Part shown: positions 46,479 to 56,055 of the stretch, piece after piece
Numbering within the stretch: position 1 is the stretch's first letter
Layout: each line of letters opens with the position of its first letter
Assembly (NCBI GenBank): GCA_032249395.1
Contig: JAVVFY010000002.1
Coordinates: 4,239-68,238, forward strand
From: Candidatus Aenigmatarchaeota archaeon
GTDB lineage: Archaea; Aenigmatarchaeota; Aenigmatarchaeia; CG10238-14; SpSt-28
Reading direction: 5' to 3'
Length of the DNA stretch: 64,000 nucleotides
Notes under the pieces: model-generated
Told to the model about the DNA's origin: nothing
Databases searched by the model: none
The model's input: only the letters and a program-made list of their open reading frames with translations
Position numbers and translations under genes: made by a program

Positions 46479-47357
46479 ATGGATACGCTAGTAATTAGTG
46501 GTATAAACTCTATAAATCTTGCAAAAAGGATTGGAAGAAGAATAAAAGCGAAATTTATAAGTTTAGAATATAAGAAGTTTCCAGATGGTGAACTATACCT
46601 TAGATTGAAAAGCAAAATAAATAAAGGAAACGTAATTTTAGTGGAAACTCTTTACCCTCAAAACGATTCTATAATAGAGCTTCTTTTTTTGCTTGATCTA
46701 ATTAACGAGTTTAAACCAAAGAGTGTTACTCTTGTTTTACCATATTTCGCATACGCCAGACAACACAAAAGATACAGAAATTTTGAAGCAATTTCTGCAA
46801 AAACTCTTGCTAAACTAATCCAGAGCTTTGGAATCAATAAAATAATAGCAGTTAATCTACATTCCGAAGAAGTAATAAAATTTTTTGATATACCTGTTGT
46901 AAATTTAGCTGCAGAGAAATTAATAGCTGAATATTTCTTAAGTAAAAACCTAAAAAATCCTTTTGTTTTAATTCCAGACCAAGAGAGAGAAGAAATGGCA
47001 AAGAACGCAGCAGAAATTTTAAAATGCGAATATTCTTTTCTAAAAAAATATAGAAGCAGAGTTACTGGAGAAATAAAAACTGAAATTTTTAAAGATTTTG
47101 ATTTGAAAGGCAAAGATGTCATTATTCTAGATGACATAATAAGCAGTGGAAAAACAATGTTAAATGCAATTAAGATAGTTAAAAAGAAAAAAGCTAGGAA
47201 AATATTTGTTTCATGTGTTCATTACATCCCTTCGAGTATATACAAGAAATTTTTAAAACTCGGCGTTAAAGAAGTTGTAGCTACAAACACAATTCCTTCG
47301 GAAATAAGCAAAATAGATATCTCTCCATTAATTTCAAAAGAGATTGAAAATTTATAA
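46479..47357 (+). CDS. prs: ribose-phosphate pyrophosphokinase (PRPP synthetase)
   Basis: PRPP-binding loop VIILDDIISSGKTM, plus an N-terminal Prs domain. Confidence 0.8.
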   Translation: MDTLVISGINSINLAKRIGRRIKAKFISLEYKKFPDGELYLRLKSKINKGNVILVETLYPQNDSIIELLFLLDLINEFKPKSVTLVLPYFAYARQHKRYRNFEAISAKTLAKLIQSFGINKIIAVNLHSEEVIKFFDIPVVNLAAEKLIAEYFLSKNLKNPFVLIPDQEREEMAKNAAEILKCEYSFLKKYRSRVTGEIKTEIFKDFDLKGKDVIILDDIISSGKTMLNAIKIVKKKKARKIFVSCVHYIPSSIYKKFLKLGVKEVVATNTIPSEISKIDISPLISKEIENL

Positions 47358-47380
47358 AATAGAAGAATTAAATTAGAGTA

Positions 47381-48058
47381 ATGGAAATAGTTAAAGAAAT
47401 TATAGAAAATCCAACGAAAATTGCAAACTACATTGAACATACTAACGTTAAAGTTGAATCCACAAAGAAAGATATTGAAAATTTGTGTAAAGAGGTTTTA
47501 AAGTATAATTTTTATGGTGCTGTTGTTCTTCCTTACCATGTAAAGCTAGCAAGAAAAATTTTGAAGAATAAAGCTAAAGTTATAACTGTTATTGGATTTC
47601 CCTACGGTATACAAAGCACAAGAGCTAAGGTTGCCGAAGTAGAAGATGTTTTTGAATATGTAGATGAGTTTGATATGGTATTTAATAGAAACGCATTTCT
47701 CAACAAAGATTATAAATTAGTTGTAAAGGATATTAAATCTGTAGTAAATGCAGCAAAACCAAAAGTAGTAAAAGTAATAATAGAAACTCCATCTCTAACA
47801 AAAGAGCAAATAAAAATTGCTTCTAAGCTTGTGATTAGAGGTAATGCTCACTTTGTTAAAACTGCAGTAGGATATAGCGGAGCAGCTAAAGTCGAAGACG
47901 TTAAAATCATAAAAAGAGTAGTGGGTGACAAAATAAAAATTAAAGCGTCTGGGGGGATAAAGGATTTTAATCAGGCACTAGAAATGATAAAAGCTGGTGC
48001 CGATAGAATAGGAAGTTCTCACGGAGTTGATATTATAAAAACTTCACAAAAGATCTAA
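47381..48058 (+). CDS. deoC: deoxyribose-phosphate aldolase
   Basis: VKVIIETPSLT...AHFVKTAVGY (Schiff-base Lys)...KASGGIKD. Confidence 0.8.
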   Translation: MEIVKEIIENPTKIANYIEHTNVKVESTKKDIENLCKEVLKYNFYGAVVLPYHVKLARKILKNKAKVITVIGFPYGIQSTRAKVAEVEDVFEYVDEFDMVFNRNAFLNKDYKLVVKDIKSVVNAAKPKVVKVIIETPSLTKEQIKIASKLVIRGNAHFVKTAVGYSGAAKVEDVKIIKRVVGDKIKIKASGGIKDFNQALEMIKAGADRIGSSHGVDIIKTSQKI

Positions 48059-48059
48059 G

Positions 48060-49160
48060 TTAAGTGGAATATGAGTATATTTTAACTATATTGTTGCTAA
48101 AATAGATTTCTCCTTCTGTAAGCAAAGAAATTGAAACTTTGTTTGAAGGAGATAATAAAAGATTGTTACCCATTAAATCTTTAGTTATATTCAATCTAAA
48201 AGCAGTAATTGGAAGTTTTCCTATAAACACTTTTTGATTATTGACTTTGATTTCAACTGAGGGATAACCTTGTTGTACCAATGTAGAAGAAAACTCCAAA
48301 GCATAGAAATTATCTATTTCGCTTTGAGACAAAGGAACTTCAAAGGAAAAAGGCATAGATTTATACTTAACTATAACTCTAGCATCAAAAATATTGTAAG
48401 ATGTTTTAGATAAAACTCTGAATCCTTCATTTTTTACTTCAATATTTATAAAATTCATTTCTTTTATCTCGCTCACATTTATAGGTATCTCTTCAAATCC
48501 TTGAGTAGCTTTTTTCATAAATATAACATTTCCATTGAATTTGACTACTAAAAGACCGGAACCTTTAACATCTGCTATGGCTATTTTAATTTTAGCTTCC
48601 TCGATCTCCATTCTTTCTGGCTTTAAAATAAGCGTTGCCGACTTCGAGGAGAATAAGGACCTTTCAACTATAAAATCAGACTTACTATCTACTATTTTCT
48701 CATTTCCAAAATTAGAAACTTTAAAATCTTCTATAGAAAATGAGCGAGAGGTTAAAGTTAAAGTTGGTGCAACGTATACTTTAACATAAATTGCGTCTTC
48801 TCCACCTTTACCTCTAGCTATTATATAACCTGAATACGTACCATAACCAGTTGGAGAATTTAGAATTGCTTTTATTTCTTTTTCTCCTATAACATTAAAG
48901 TTGTTCTCGCTAAACGAGATTATTTGTGAAAGAGTTTCGTTAGCGATCAGATTTACGTTTGTCAGGTTTCCTATGACTTTAAACGTTATTGTTTTTTGAG
49001 AGTTTGGTAGCATTCTTATTGAAATGCTTCTTGGTTCCAAAGAAGGAGGCAATTCTTGAGGAGTCGCCCAAAAAATAAGCATAATTCCTATGAAGACTAA
49101 CGCACCTAATAAAATGAAGACAAACTCATCTATTATCATTTGTTTTGCCTGAGATTTCAT
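48060..49160 (-). CDS. secreted/membrane-anchored protein of unknown function (N-terminal TM; paralog of 45684-46229)
   Basis: N-terminal hydrophobic anchor FVFILLGALVFIGIMLIF. The C-terminal domain is shared with the truncated paralog. Confidence 0.4.
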   Translation of the reverse strand: MKSQAKQMIIDEFVFILLGALVFIGIMLIFWATPQELPPSLEPRSISIRMLPNSQKTITFKVIGNLTNVNLIANETLSQIISFSENNFNVIGEKEIKAILNSPTGYGTYSGYIIARGKGGEDAIYVKVYVAPTLTLTSRSFSIEDFKVSNFGNEKIVDSKSDFIVERSLFSSKSATLILKPERMEIEEAKIKIAIADVKGSGLLVVKFNGNVIFMKKATQGFEEIPINVSEIKEMNFINIEVKNEGFRVLSKTSYNIFDARVIVKYKSMPFSFEVPLSQSEIDNFYALEFSSTLVQQGYPSVEIKVNNQKVFIGKLPITAFRLNITKDLMGNNLLLSPSNKVSISLLTEGEIYFSNNIVKIYSYST

Positions 49161-49193
49161 AAATTATGTTGAAAATAAGAAATAAAAATGAAA

Positions 49194-49382
49194 TTAGCCA
49201 TTAATCTTCTTCAATCTAGTTATATAACCGGCAACAACGTTTCTAAGTTTTTTGGAAGGAATGTCTACATATTTTTTAACAATTTCCTTATTTTTCTCAA
49301 AATCTGTAGTAAACTCATCCTTATGTTCTCTATAGAGTTTCTCTCCAATGTTCTTTATCATTGTTGTTTTTATCCTTCCCAC
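49194..49382 (-). CDS. rps17e: 30S ribosomal protein S17e
   Basis: MGRIKTTMIKNIGEKLYREHKDEFTTDFEKNKE matches S17e. Confidence 0.8.
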   Translation of the reverse strand: MGRIKTTMIKNIGEKLYREHKDEFTTDFEKNKEIVKKYVDIPSKKLRNVVAGYITRLKKING

Positions 49383-49390
49383 TATATCAC

Positions 49391-49951
49391 CTATGGTTTC
49401 AATCTTTTTATTTCATAATATGTGACATCATTTTCCTTATCTACTACAGCCCAAACAAAAGTAGCCCTTATGTTATGAGCTAATCTTACTGCTCTTGACA
49501 TTTCTGGTAAAGAGAATGCTGCTTCTTCTGGAACAGCATGAACAATAAACTTAGTATGCTCAAAAGGCGCCTTAGGTCCTCTTTTTATCTTTACCCCTTT
49601 CTCATAAACTCTGAAATGGGCACCAAATTTATAGCCAGTTTTAACCAAATATCCTTTATTTCTTAAATCTGAGTAGACAACATACTGAGCATGGAACTGA
49701 TTTAATCTACTTTCTCCTACTTTCATCATCTCTCTCAAATCTAGCATTCTTTTTTTATTGTTTTCCGTTACATAAATTTTTAACTTTCCTTTCTCGAGCA
49801 AATAAGTAGCTTCTATTAAATCTAACTCCAATCTTTCTGGAGCTTCTAGCGGCATTGGTTTTCCATAGCCGTGCTCATAGTATAAATTCGCCGCTTCCTT
49901 ATCCCATATTATGACTCTTTCTTCTATCAATTCTCCTTCGAAAGCTTTCAT
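49391..49951 (-). CDS. endA: tRNA-splicing endonuclease EndA
   Basis: GYLVKTGYKFGAHFRVY...H...K catalytic triad region. Start moved to the internal Met (MKAFEG) because the longer ORF overlaps tRNA-Arg. Confidence 0.7.
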   Translation of the reverse strand: MKAFEGELIEERVIIWDKEAANLYYEHGYGKPMPLEAPERLELDLIEATYLLEKGKLKIYVTENNKKRMLDLREMMKVGESRLNQFHAQYVVYSDLRNKGYLVKTGYKFGAHFRVYEKGVKIKRGPKAPFEHTKFIVHAVPEEAAFSLPEMSRAVRLAHNIRATFVWAVVDKENDVTYYEIKRLKP

Positions 49952-49992
49952 AATAATATTTAGATCTTGCTTGTTATAGATTTTAACATAAT

Positions 49993-50078
49993 TGCCCCCG
50001 CCGGGATTTGAACCCGGGCCACCGGCTTTTCGCAGAAAACCGCAAGCCGGGGTTCTATCCAATCTAAACTACGGGGGC
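49993..50078 (-). tRNA. tRNA-Arg (anticodon GCG) with a 12-nt intron (50028-50039)
   Basis: Reverse complement folds with acceptor GCCCCCG/CGGGGGC. Anticodon stem CCGGC/GCCGG encloses 19 nt, read as UUGCGG + intron + A. T-arm CCGGG-TTCAAAT-CCCGG. Confidence 0.7.
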
Positions 50079-50117
50079 GTAATACAATTATTTAAAAAAC
50101 GAAACGAATAAAGAAAG

Positions 50118-50276
50118 ATGAGATGCACAAGCTGCAACATAGAAGTTAAGTCAAAAGAGAATTTTGTTATATTTGATTGTCCAAAATGTGGTAAGGTTAA
50201 AATAGTTAGATGTAACTCTTGTAAATCTTTAGGAAGAAAATATAGTTGTAACGAATGTGGTTTTGTTGGACCATAA
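50118..50276 (+). CDS. Zn-ribbon protein (COG2888-like), conserved upstream of aEF-1beta
   Basis: Hand-translated 52 aa: MRCTSCNIEV...CPKCGK...CNSCKS...CNECGF. Four CxxC pairs. Confidence 0.55.
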   Translation: MRCTSCNIEVKSKENFVIFDCPKCGKVKIVRCNSCKSLGRKYSCNECGFVGP

Positions 50277-50307
50277 TAGTTTTATATAAATTTTCCATAT
50301 CTTTAGA

Positions 50308-50562
50308 ATGGCAAAAGTACTAGTAACATTAAGAGTAATGCCTGAGGATGTTAATACAGATTTAGAAAGTATAAAAAACGAAATATCATCTAAAATTGGT
50401 GCTCAAATAAAAGAAGTTCCAATAGCTTTCGGTATCGTTTCTCTTTATGTTTCTACAATTATTGAAGATAAAGAAGGTGAAATAGAAAGAGTAGAAAAAT
50501 TACTTAAAGAAATAAAAGGGGTTGGCGAGATAGAAGTGCTAGAAATAACTAGAACTTTATGA
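50308..50562 (+). CDS. ef1b: elongation factor 1-beta (aEF-1B)
   Basis: MAKVLVTLRVMPEDVNTDLESIK...FGIVSLYV...GVGEIEVLEITR matches aEF-1B. Confidence 0.8.
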   Translation: MAKVLVTLRVMPEDVNTDLESIKNEISSKIGAQIKEVPIAFGIVSLYVSTIIEDKEGEIERVEKLLKEIKGVGEIEVLEITRTL

Positions 50563-50608
50563 GTTTTTATTTTTACAATACAATTGTATTACAGGGCAGA
50601 GATGCCTA

Positions 50609-50636
50609 CCATAGAAAGAATCAACTCTTTCTATGG
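50609..50636 (+). other. perfect 10-bp stem hairpin (CCATAGAAAG ... CTTTCTATGG) downstream of ef1b, after a T-rich tract
   Basis: Inverted repeat read directly from sequence. Preceded by GAGTTTTTATTTTTAC immediately after the stop codon. Confidence 0.4.
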
Positions 50637-50687
50637 TTATTAGCTCGATGATAAGAGGGCTCTGAACTAAAGGGGGTTAAGGTTTAA

Positions 50688-50948
50688 ATGTTGTTTGAAA
50701 AAAGAGGTTTCGTAAGAAGATTTGCAAGAAATAATGCTCCCAAGCCTGTTAAAGTTGGAGAAGAATATGATGTAGAAATAACAGAGACCGGAAGTAAAGG
50801 AGATGGAATTGCTAGGATAAAGAATTTCGTAGTGTTTGTTCCAGGAAGCAAGAAAGGAGAAAAGAAGCACATAAAAATAAAGGAAGTTAGAACCAAGTTC
50901 GCTATAGGAGAAATTATCGAATACACTAAAAATCTTGCAGAAGGTTAA
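50688..50948 (+). CDS. TRAM-domain protein
   Basis: EITETGSKGDGIARIKNFVVFVPGSKKGE is a TRAM OB-fold signature. Confidence 0.6.
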   Translation: MLFEKRGFVRRFARNNAPKPVKVGEEYDVEITETGSKGDGIARIKNFVVFVPGSKKGEKKHIKIKEVRTKFAIGEIIEYTKNLAEG

Positions 50949-51657
50949 TAAAGCGTTTAGAATCGTTTAACATGAAAACATTATTAAAATAAACAAATAT
51001 TTCTTTCGACTTTAATTTTTTTATTTTTTCTTTCATTTCCCTCATTTCATCATCGTTATATTGATGATAATAGTTTATTTTTCCATTTTTGTAAGAACCA
51101 TGAAGTCTGAAGTATGAAATTTTTTTCGTGACAGTAGGCAACCTTTGATTCAAATCGCAAACGTCTATTACCTCAAATTTCTTGCAGAATTTTTTTATAT
51201 CATCTTTGTTCCAGCCTCTTAACTCAACACCAATTTCAAAATCTTCCCTCTCAATATTCCTAAAGAATTTTTCAGCGTTTTCCCAGTTCTCATTATTACT
51301 CTTAAAACTTTCTGGAAGTTGAATAACAATAACTTTTGTTTTTAAAATTTTTGCATACTCTACCATCTTTCTCCAAAATTCAAAAACCTCTCTAGTTGGT
51401 TTTAAATATCCGACTCTCTCCTTGAATTTTGAGACATCGATGTTAGATCTTTTCCAAGTTCTCGATTTATGAGGATGTGTAATTCCTTGGAATGCTTTGA
51501 AATTAAAAATGAAATCTTCCTTAGCCATTTTTCTCCATTTATTCAAAAGCTTCACATCCAATATTTTATAGAATGTTTGTTGAATTTCAACTGTATCGAA
51601 ATCTGAGAAATATTTTTTTATGGATTCAGGAAAACCGCATGTACCAACATATATCAT
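50926..51657 (-). CDS. DUF72 (UPF0759) family protein
   Basis: N-terminal MIYVGTCGF plus TIM-barrel-like spacing typical of DUF72. Confidence 0.6.
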   Translation of the reverse strand: MIYVGTCGFPESIKKYFSDFDTVEIQQTFYKILDVKLLNKWRKMAKEDFIFNFKAFQGITHPHKSRTWKRSNIDVSKFKERVGYLKPTREVFEFWRKMVEYAKILKTKVIVIQLPESFKSNNENWENAEKFFRNIEREDFEIGVELRGWNKDDIKKFCKKFEVIDVCDLNQRLPTVTKKISYFRLHGSYKNGKINYYHQYNDDEMREMKEKIKKLKSKEIFVYFNNVFMLNDSKRFINLLQDF

Positions 51658-51687
51658 AGATTAATTTTACAAAAAACTATAAAATTA

Positions 51688-52149
51688 ATGAAGATCAAAA
51701 GCTCTCTAGTATCGCAACTTTTAGATATAACTATAATATTGCTAACACTTATAACAATAGTGTTTTTAAAGATATACTACGATTTCGAACCGTTCAAACC
51801 TTCAATTCAATTTTTGCTAGTCTTATTACTTTTAGCTGCGGATTTGTATGTACTTAACGACCTAATAATAAGAAGAATATATACATACGAAATAGATGAT
51901 GCTGGAGTAAAAGAAAATTTCACTATCTTTTCAAAAAGAGAAACATTTATACCATATTATAACATAACTAACGTTGAGTTGAAAAAATCGTTCATTGGAA
52001 GAGTGTTAAATTATGGAAACGTAGAAGTAAGCTCTCCTAAAACAAAAATTATACTTATAGGAATTAAGGACCCTGAAAGAATATACAATAAGATTAAAGA
52101 AAAGATTGAAATGTTTAAAACCAAAATAAAAGAAAATGAAGAGCATTAA
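51688..52149 (+). CDS. membrane protein with bacterial-type PH (DUF304-like) domain
   Basis: Two TM helices, then YEIDDAGVKENFTIFSKRETFIPYYNITNVELKKSFIGRVLNYGNVEV. Confidence 0.45.
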   Translation: MKIKSSLVSQLLDITIILLTLITIVFLKIYYDFEPFKPSIQFLLVLLLLAADLYVLNDLIIRRIYTYEIDDAGVKENFTIFSKRETFIPYYNITNVELKKSFIGRVLNYGNVEVSSPKTKIILIGIKDPERIYNKIKEKIEMFKTKIKENEEH

Positions 52150-53428
52150 AGTTTATATTGAAACGTATGGATGTAGCGCAAACAAATCGGATACAGAAAT
52201 AATGATGGGTCTGCTTAAAGGAGCGGGATTTCAAATAGTAGAATCTCCAGATACTTCAGAGATAAACATAATAAATACATGCATTGTTAAAACACCTACA
52301 GCAAAAAGAATGGAAAGAAGAATAAAATTTCTCAGCAATTTGAACAAACCGTTAATAGTTGCTGGATGTATGGCAAAGTCGGAACCTGAAAGAATAGATA
52401 AATTTGCCCCAAAAGCTAGCAAAATAACTCCAAACGCCGTAGCTAATATAGTTGAAGTTGTAGAAAGGACACTAAAAGGAGAGAAAGTATTCTATGATAA
52501 AAGCGATATAGAAAAAGTCTTATTACCAAAGATATCATTCAATAAAATAATATCTATAGTTCAAATAGCCTCTGGTTGTCTATCTGCATGTACATTCTGC
52601 GAAACAAAAATATCGAGAGGTATTCTAAAAAGTTTTAGACCTTCATCTATAATAGAAAGAATAAAAAAAGATTTGAAGGAGGGGTTCAAAGAATTCTGGA
52701 TTACTTCTCAAGATAATGGTTGTTACGGGTTTGATTTGAATGTTAATCTAGCTGAGCTTTTGAAAAAAATTGTAGAGTTAGATGGAGAGTTTATAGTTAG
52801 AGTTGGAATGATGAATCCTTTTCATTTAATTAAAAACAAAGAGTTAGTTAATGGTTTAATTGAAGTTTACAAGTCAGAAAAGATATTTAAGTTCCTACAC
52901 ATTCCTCTACAATCCGGAAGCAATAAAGTTTTGAAAGATATGAGAAGAGGATATACAGTTGAGGAATTTGAAGAAATAGTAAAAGCTTTTAGAAAAGAGA
53001 TTAAAGATGTCACAATTGAAACTGATATAATAGTTGGGTATCCTACAGAAACTGAGGAAGATTTTGAAAAAACAGTAGAAGTTATAAAAAATATTAAACC
53101 TGACGTAGTAAATATTTCTAAATTTTCACCTAGACCAAAAACCCCTGCAGCTAGTTTAGCTACTTTGCCCCCAGAAATTGTAAACAAGAGGAGCAAAATT
53201 TTGTTTAAATTAACTAGAGAGATTTCGATGAATAAAAACAAATCTTTGATTGGGAAAATAACTAAAGTTTTCGTAGATGAAGTAGGAAAAGAAAAAAGCT
53301 ATATAGCGCGCACTTTACAATACAAACCTGTAGTGATAAAAACTGAAGAAAAAATATTTGGAAAATTCGTAGACGTAGAAATTGTTGATGTAAAATCTAA
53401 TTATCTCGAAGGAAAACTTGTTATTTAA
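52136..53428 (+). CDS. mtaB: MiaB-like radical-SAM tRNA methylthiotransferase (archaeal MtaB/CDKAL1-type)
   Basis: N-terminal MTTase domain (ETYGCSANKSD), radical SAM SGCLSACTFC, and a C-terminal TRAM domain. Confidence 0.8.
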   Translation: MKSIKVYIETYGCSANKSDTEIMMGLLKGAGFQIVESPDTSEINIINTCIVKTPTAKRMERRIKFLSNLNKPLIVAGCMAKSEPERIDKFAPKASKITPNAVANIVEVVERTLKGEKVFYDKSDIEKVLLPKISFNKIISIVQIASGCLSACTFCETKISRGILKSFRPSSIIERIKKDLKEGFKEFWITSQDNGCYGFDLNVNLAELLKKIVELDGEFIVRVGMMNPFHLIKNKELVNGLIEVYKSEKIFKFLHIPLQSGSNKVLKDMRRGYTVEEFEEIVKAFRKEIKDVTIETDIIVGYPTETEEDFEKTVEVIKNIKPDVVNISKFSPRPKTPAASLATLPPEIVNKRSKILFKLTREISMNKNKSLIGKITKVFVDEVGKEKSYIARTLQYKPVVIKTEEKIFGKFVDVEIVDVKSNYLEGKLVI

Positions 53429-53603
53429 TCAATGGAATACTTTAAAAACTATTATCCCAAACATCAATATGATAGAGACAAAAATAAAGTTATACTTCAT
53501 TAAAAGAAGTGATTGAATGTCAGCTTTTTTAATAATTGTTTTTAGACAAATAGTATTCATTCATTTAATGCCGACAATAGGGAATATGTAAGGAGGTGAC
53601 TGA

Positions 53604-53765
53604 ATGTCGATCTTTTGGGATGTACTTTTTGCAAACCTGGTTTCTGGAGCACTAAACACGCTATTTTTCTGGACTTTTCCAATAATCCTTTTCTTTGTAT
53701 TAAAGAGGATTCTCGGAAAGCGGTGGAGGAAAATTGAGAAGATAATTAGAAAGGTAGCTAAATGA
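53604..53765 (+). CDS. small membrane protein, hypothetical
   Basis: 53-aa hand-called ORF preceded by an AAGGAGGTGA Shine-Dalgarno-like sequence; one TM helix. Confidence 0.25.
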   Translation: MSIFWDVLFANLVSGALNTLFFWTFPIILFFVLKRILGKRWRKIEKIIRKVAK

Positions 53766-54063
53766 ATTTTCTCATAACTTATGCTAATCCAATGAAAGAT
53801 AACAAATTTAGATACAAGCGAATAGAGAAATTATCGATTGGTTAGGTAAGAAAAACCGCTACGTTACTTTAGTTGCTACAAAAGGTAGCGAGGAGTTTAA
53901 AATTTTTGAAACTCTAAACACTAACTATACAATTCCAGGAATTCTGAGAAAAGAAGAACAAGCAAAGAACACGGTTGCAAAGTTGCTTAAAAATTAAAGT
54001 TTTGAAGTTACTCAATCTTGAGTAAAAATTTGTTATTTAAGCTATATTTTCAAAAAAATTATA

Positions 54064-55539
54064 ATGAGAAAGATCGAAAAAATAGAACAAATAGCAAAAA
54101 AGAGAGGATTCATTTTTGCATCAAGCGAAATTTATGGTGGCTTAAGCGGAACCTATGATTTCGGACCATTAGGCACTCTACTTAAAAACAAAATTATAGA
54201 GTTTTGGAGAGACTTTTTTGTAAAAAGCGAAGACAATATATTTGAAATTGAAACCAGTCTAATTATGCCAGAAAAAGTTTTTGAAGCTTCGGGCCACTTA
54301 AAGGGATTTATTGACCCTATAACTCAATGTAAAAAATGTAAGAGTATATTTAGGGCAGACAACATAATAGAAGAATCTATAAAAATGTTTGTTGAAGGGT
54401 TGAGCAGCGAAGAATTAACAAAAATAATAAGAGAAAAAAACGTTAGATGTCTTAAGTGTGGTGGGGAGTTGGATGACGTAAAAGTTTTTAATTTGATGTT
54501 CTCTATGAATGTCGGTGCTCTAGGAGATACAAAAGGTTATTTAAGACCTGAAACTGCCCAAGGCATATTTGTTAACTTCAAAAACATATTAGTTGCTACT
54601 AGAGCTAAACTTCCATTTGGAGTGGCTCAAATTGGAAAATCTTTTAGAAATGAAATCTCGCCAAGACAATGGCTAATAAGATTGAGAGAATTTACACAAG
54701 CAGAAATAGAATTTTTTATAAATCCTGAAGAGAGAACCTTTGAAAAATTAAAAGATTACGAAAATGTAAAAATAAGAGTTTTAAGTAGAGAAGCACAAAA
54801 ATCTGGAAAACCAGAAGAAGAAATGAGTGTTAGAGAAGCCTTGGAGAAAGGAATTATTCCTTCTGAATATTTGGCCTATTTCATTGCAAAAGAACAAATT
54901 TTCTACGAATCTTTAGGTATACCAAAAGAGGCAATAAGATTTAGACAGTTATTGCAAGAAGAAACTCCACATTATAGTAAAGGGAATGTTGATATGGAAA
55001 TTCTTTTTGATTTTGGTTGGAAAGAAGTTGTTGGGAATGCTTATAGAAGCGATTATGATTTGAAAAAACATTCTGAATATTCAAAAACCGATTTGTCCTA
55101 TGTTTTGGAGAACGGAAAAAAGATTATTCCACACGTTGTTGAGCCTAGCTTCGGAATTGAAAGAACTATTTATGCTATACTTTTATATTCTTTTGTTGAA
55201 GATAAAGAAAGAGGATGGGATTGGTTTAAATTCAATCCAAAAATAGCTCCAATAAGTGTTGCTGTGTTTCCGTTGCTAAATAAAAAAGAAATGGTTGAAA
55301 AATCTATAGAGTTGTTTAAACATATAAAGAAGTATTTTGATGTTATATTTGATAAAAGTGGTTCTATTGGAAAAAGATACGCAAGAAGTGACGAAATTGG
55401 CATACCATATGCTATAACCATAGACCATCAAACTTTCGAAGACAACACTGTAACCATAAGAGATAGAAACACTACGAAGCAAGAAAGGGTTAAAATTGAA
55501 GAACTTATAGACAAACTAACTAATCTTTTGAAGGTCTAA
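54064..55539 (+). CDS. glyS: glycyl-tRNA synthetase (archaeal/eukaryotic alpha2 type)
   Basis: YGGLSGTYDFGPLGTLLKNKI...FRNEISPRQ...GIERTIYAIL class II motifs, plus a C-terminal anticodon-binding domain. Confidence 0.85.
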   Translation: MRKIEKIEQIAKKRGFIFASSEIYGGLSGTYDFGPLGTLLKNKIIEFWRDFFVKSEDNIFEIETSLIMPEKVFEASGHLKGFIDPITQCKKCKSIFRADNIIEESIKMFVEGLSSEELTKIIREKNVRCLKCGGELDDVKVFNLMFSMNVGALGDTKGYLRPETAQGIFVNFKNILVATRAKLPFGVAQIGKSFRNEISPRQWLIRLREFTQAEIEFFINPEERTFEKLKDYENVKIRVLSREAQKSGKPEEEMSVREALEKGIIPSEYLAYFIAKEQIFYESLGIPKEAIRFRQLLQEETPHYSKGNVDMEILFDFGWKEVVGNAYRSDYDLKKHSEYSKTDLSYVLENGKKIIPHVVEPSFGIERTIYAILLYSFVEDKERGWDWFKFNPKIAPISVAVFPLLNKKEMVEKSIELFKHIKKYFDVIFDKSGSIGKRYARSDEIGIPYAITIDHQTFEDNTVTIRDRNTTKQERVKIEELIDKLTNLLKV

Positions 55540-56028
55540 AATTAATGAAGCAAAGACTTCATTCCACCTCTCTCTTTCTAGCCATATAAATTTGCCATAT
55601 TCTTTATATTCATCTACATAATTTCTATGAACAACAGCTATAACAATTTTGTTGCTTTTTAAGATGTCTTTAATTTTATCTTCGAACTTTTTACTAAATA
55701 ACTCCATTTTTCCTATTTCATCTACAACAATAAATCTACACTCTTTTTCTGCAACCTCTAAAGCAGGAATAGCCACGTCTTCAAAAATGCCTACATCTAC
55801 AAAATACTTTCCAACTCTGTAGTTAGTATTATAATAAATGCTAGCAAATACTTTCTCTTTTAGATTTAATAAATCAACAACCTTAAAACCTATTCTAATT
55901 CTTCCTTCTCTTACTTCTGGAGAAATTATGCCTCCAACTTTGATGTTTTTCTTTTTTAAAAATTCTATTAACTTAACAACTAAAGTTGATTTTCCGGAAG
56001 CAGGTGGCCCGCTAATCAAAAACTTCAT
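55516..56028 (-). CDS. THEP1-family nucleoside-triphosphatase
   Basis: MKFLISGPPASGKSTLVVKLIEFL Walker A. About 170 aa, typical of the archaeal NTPase family. Confidence 0.65.
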   Translation of the reverse strand: MKFLISGPPASGKSTLVVKLIEFLKKKNIKVGGIISPEVREGRIRIGFKVVDLLNLKEKVFASIYYNTNYRVGKYFVDVGIFEDVAIPALEVAEKECRFIVVDEIGKMELFSKKFEDKIKDILKSNKIVIAVVHRNYVDEYKEYGKFIWLERERWNEVFASLILDLQKIS

Positions 56029-56055
56029 AAGCTTATTAATTTTTAATAAGATATA

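Noticed and set aside
49952-50062. Longer EndA ORF starting at 50062
   Set aside because: The extension translates the 3' half of tRNA-Arg(GCG) on the same strand. The internal Met at 49951 gives a normal-length EndA.
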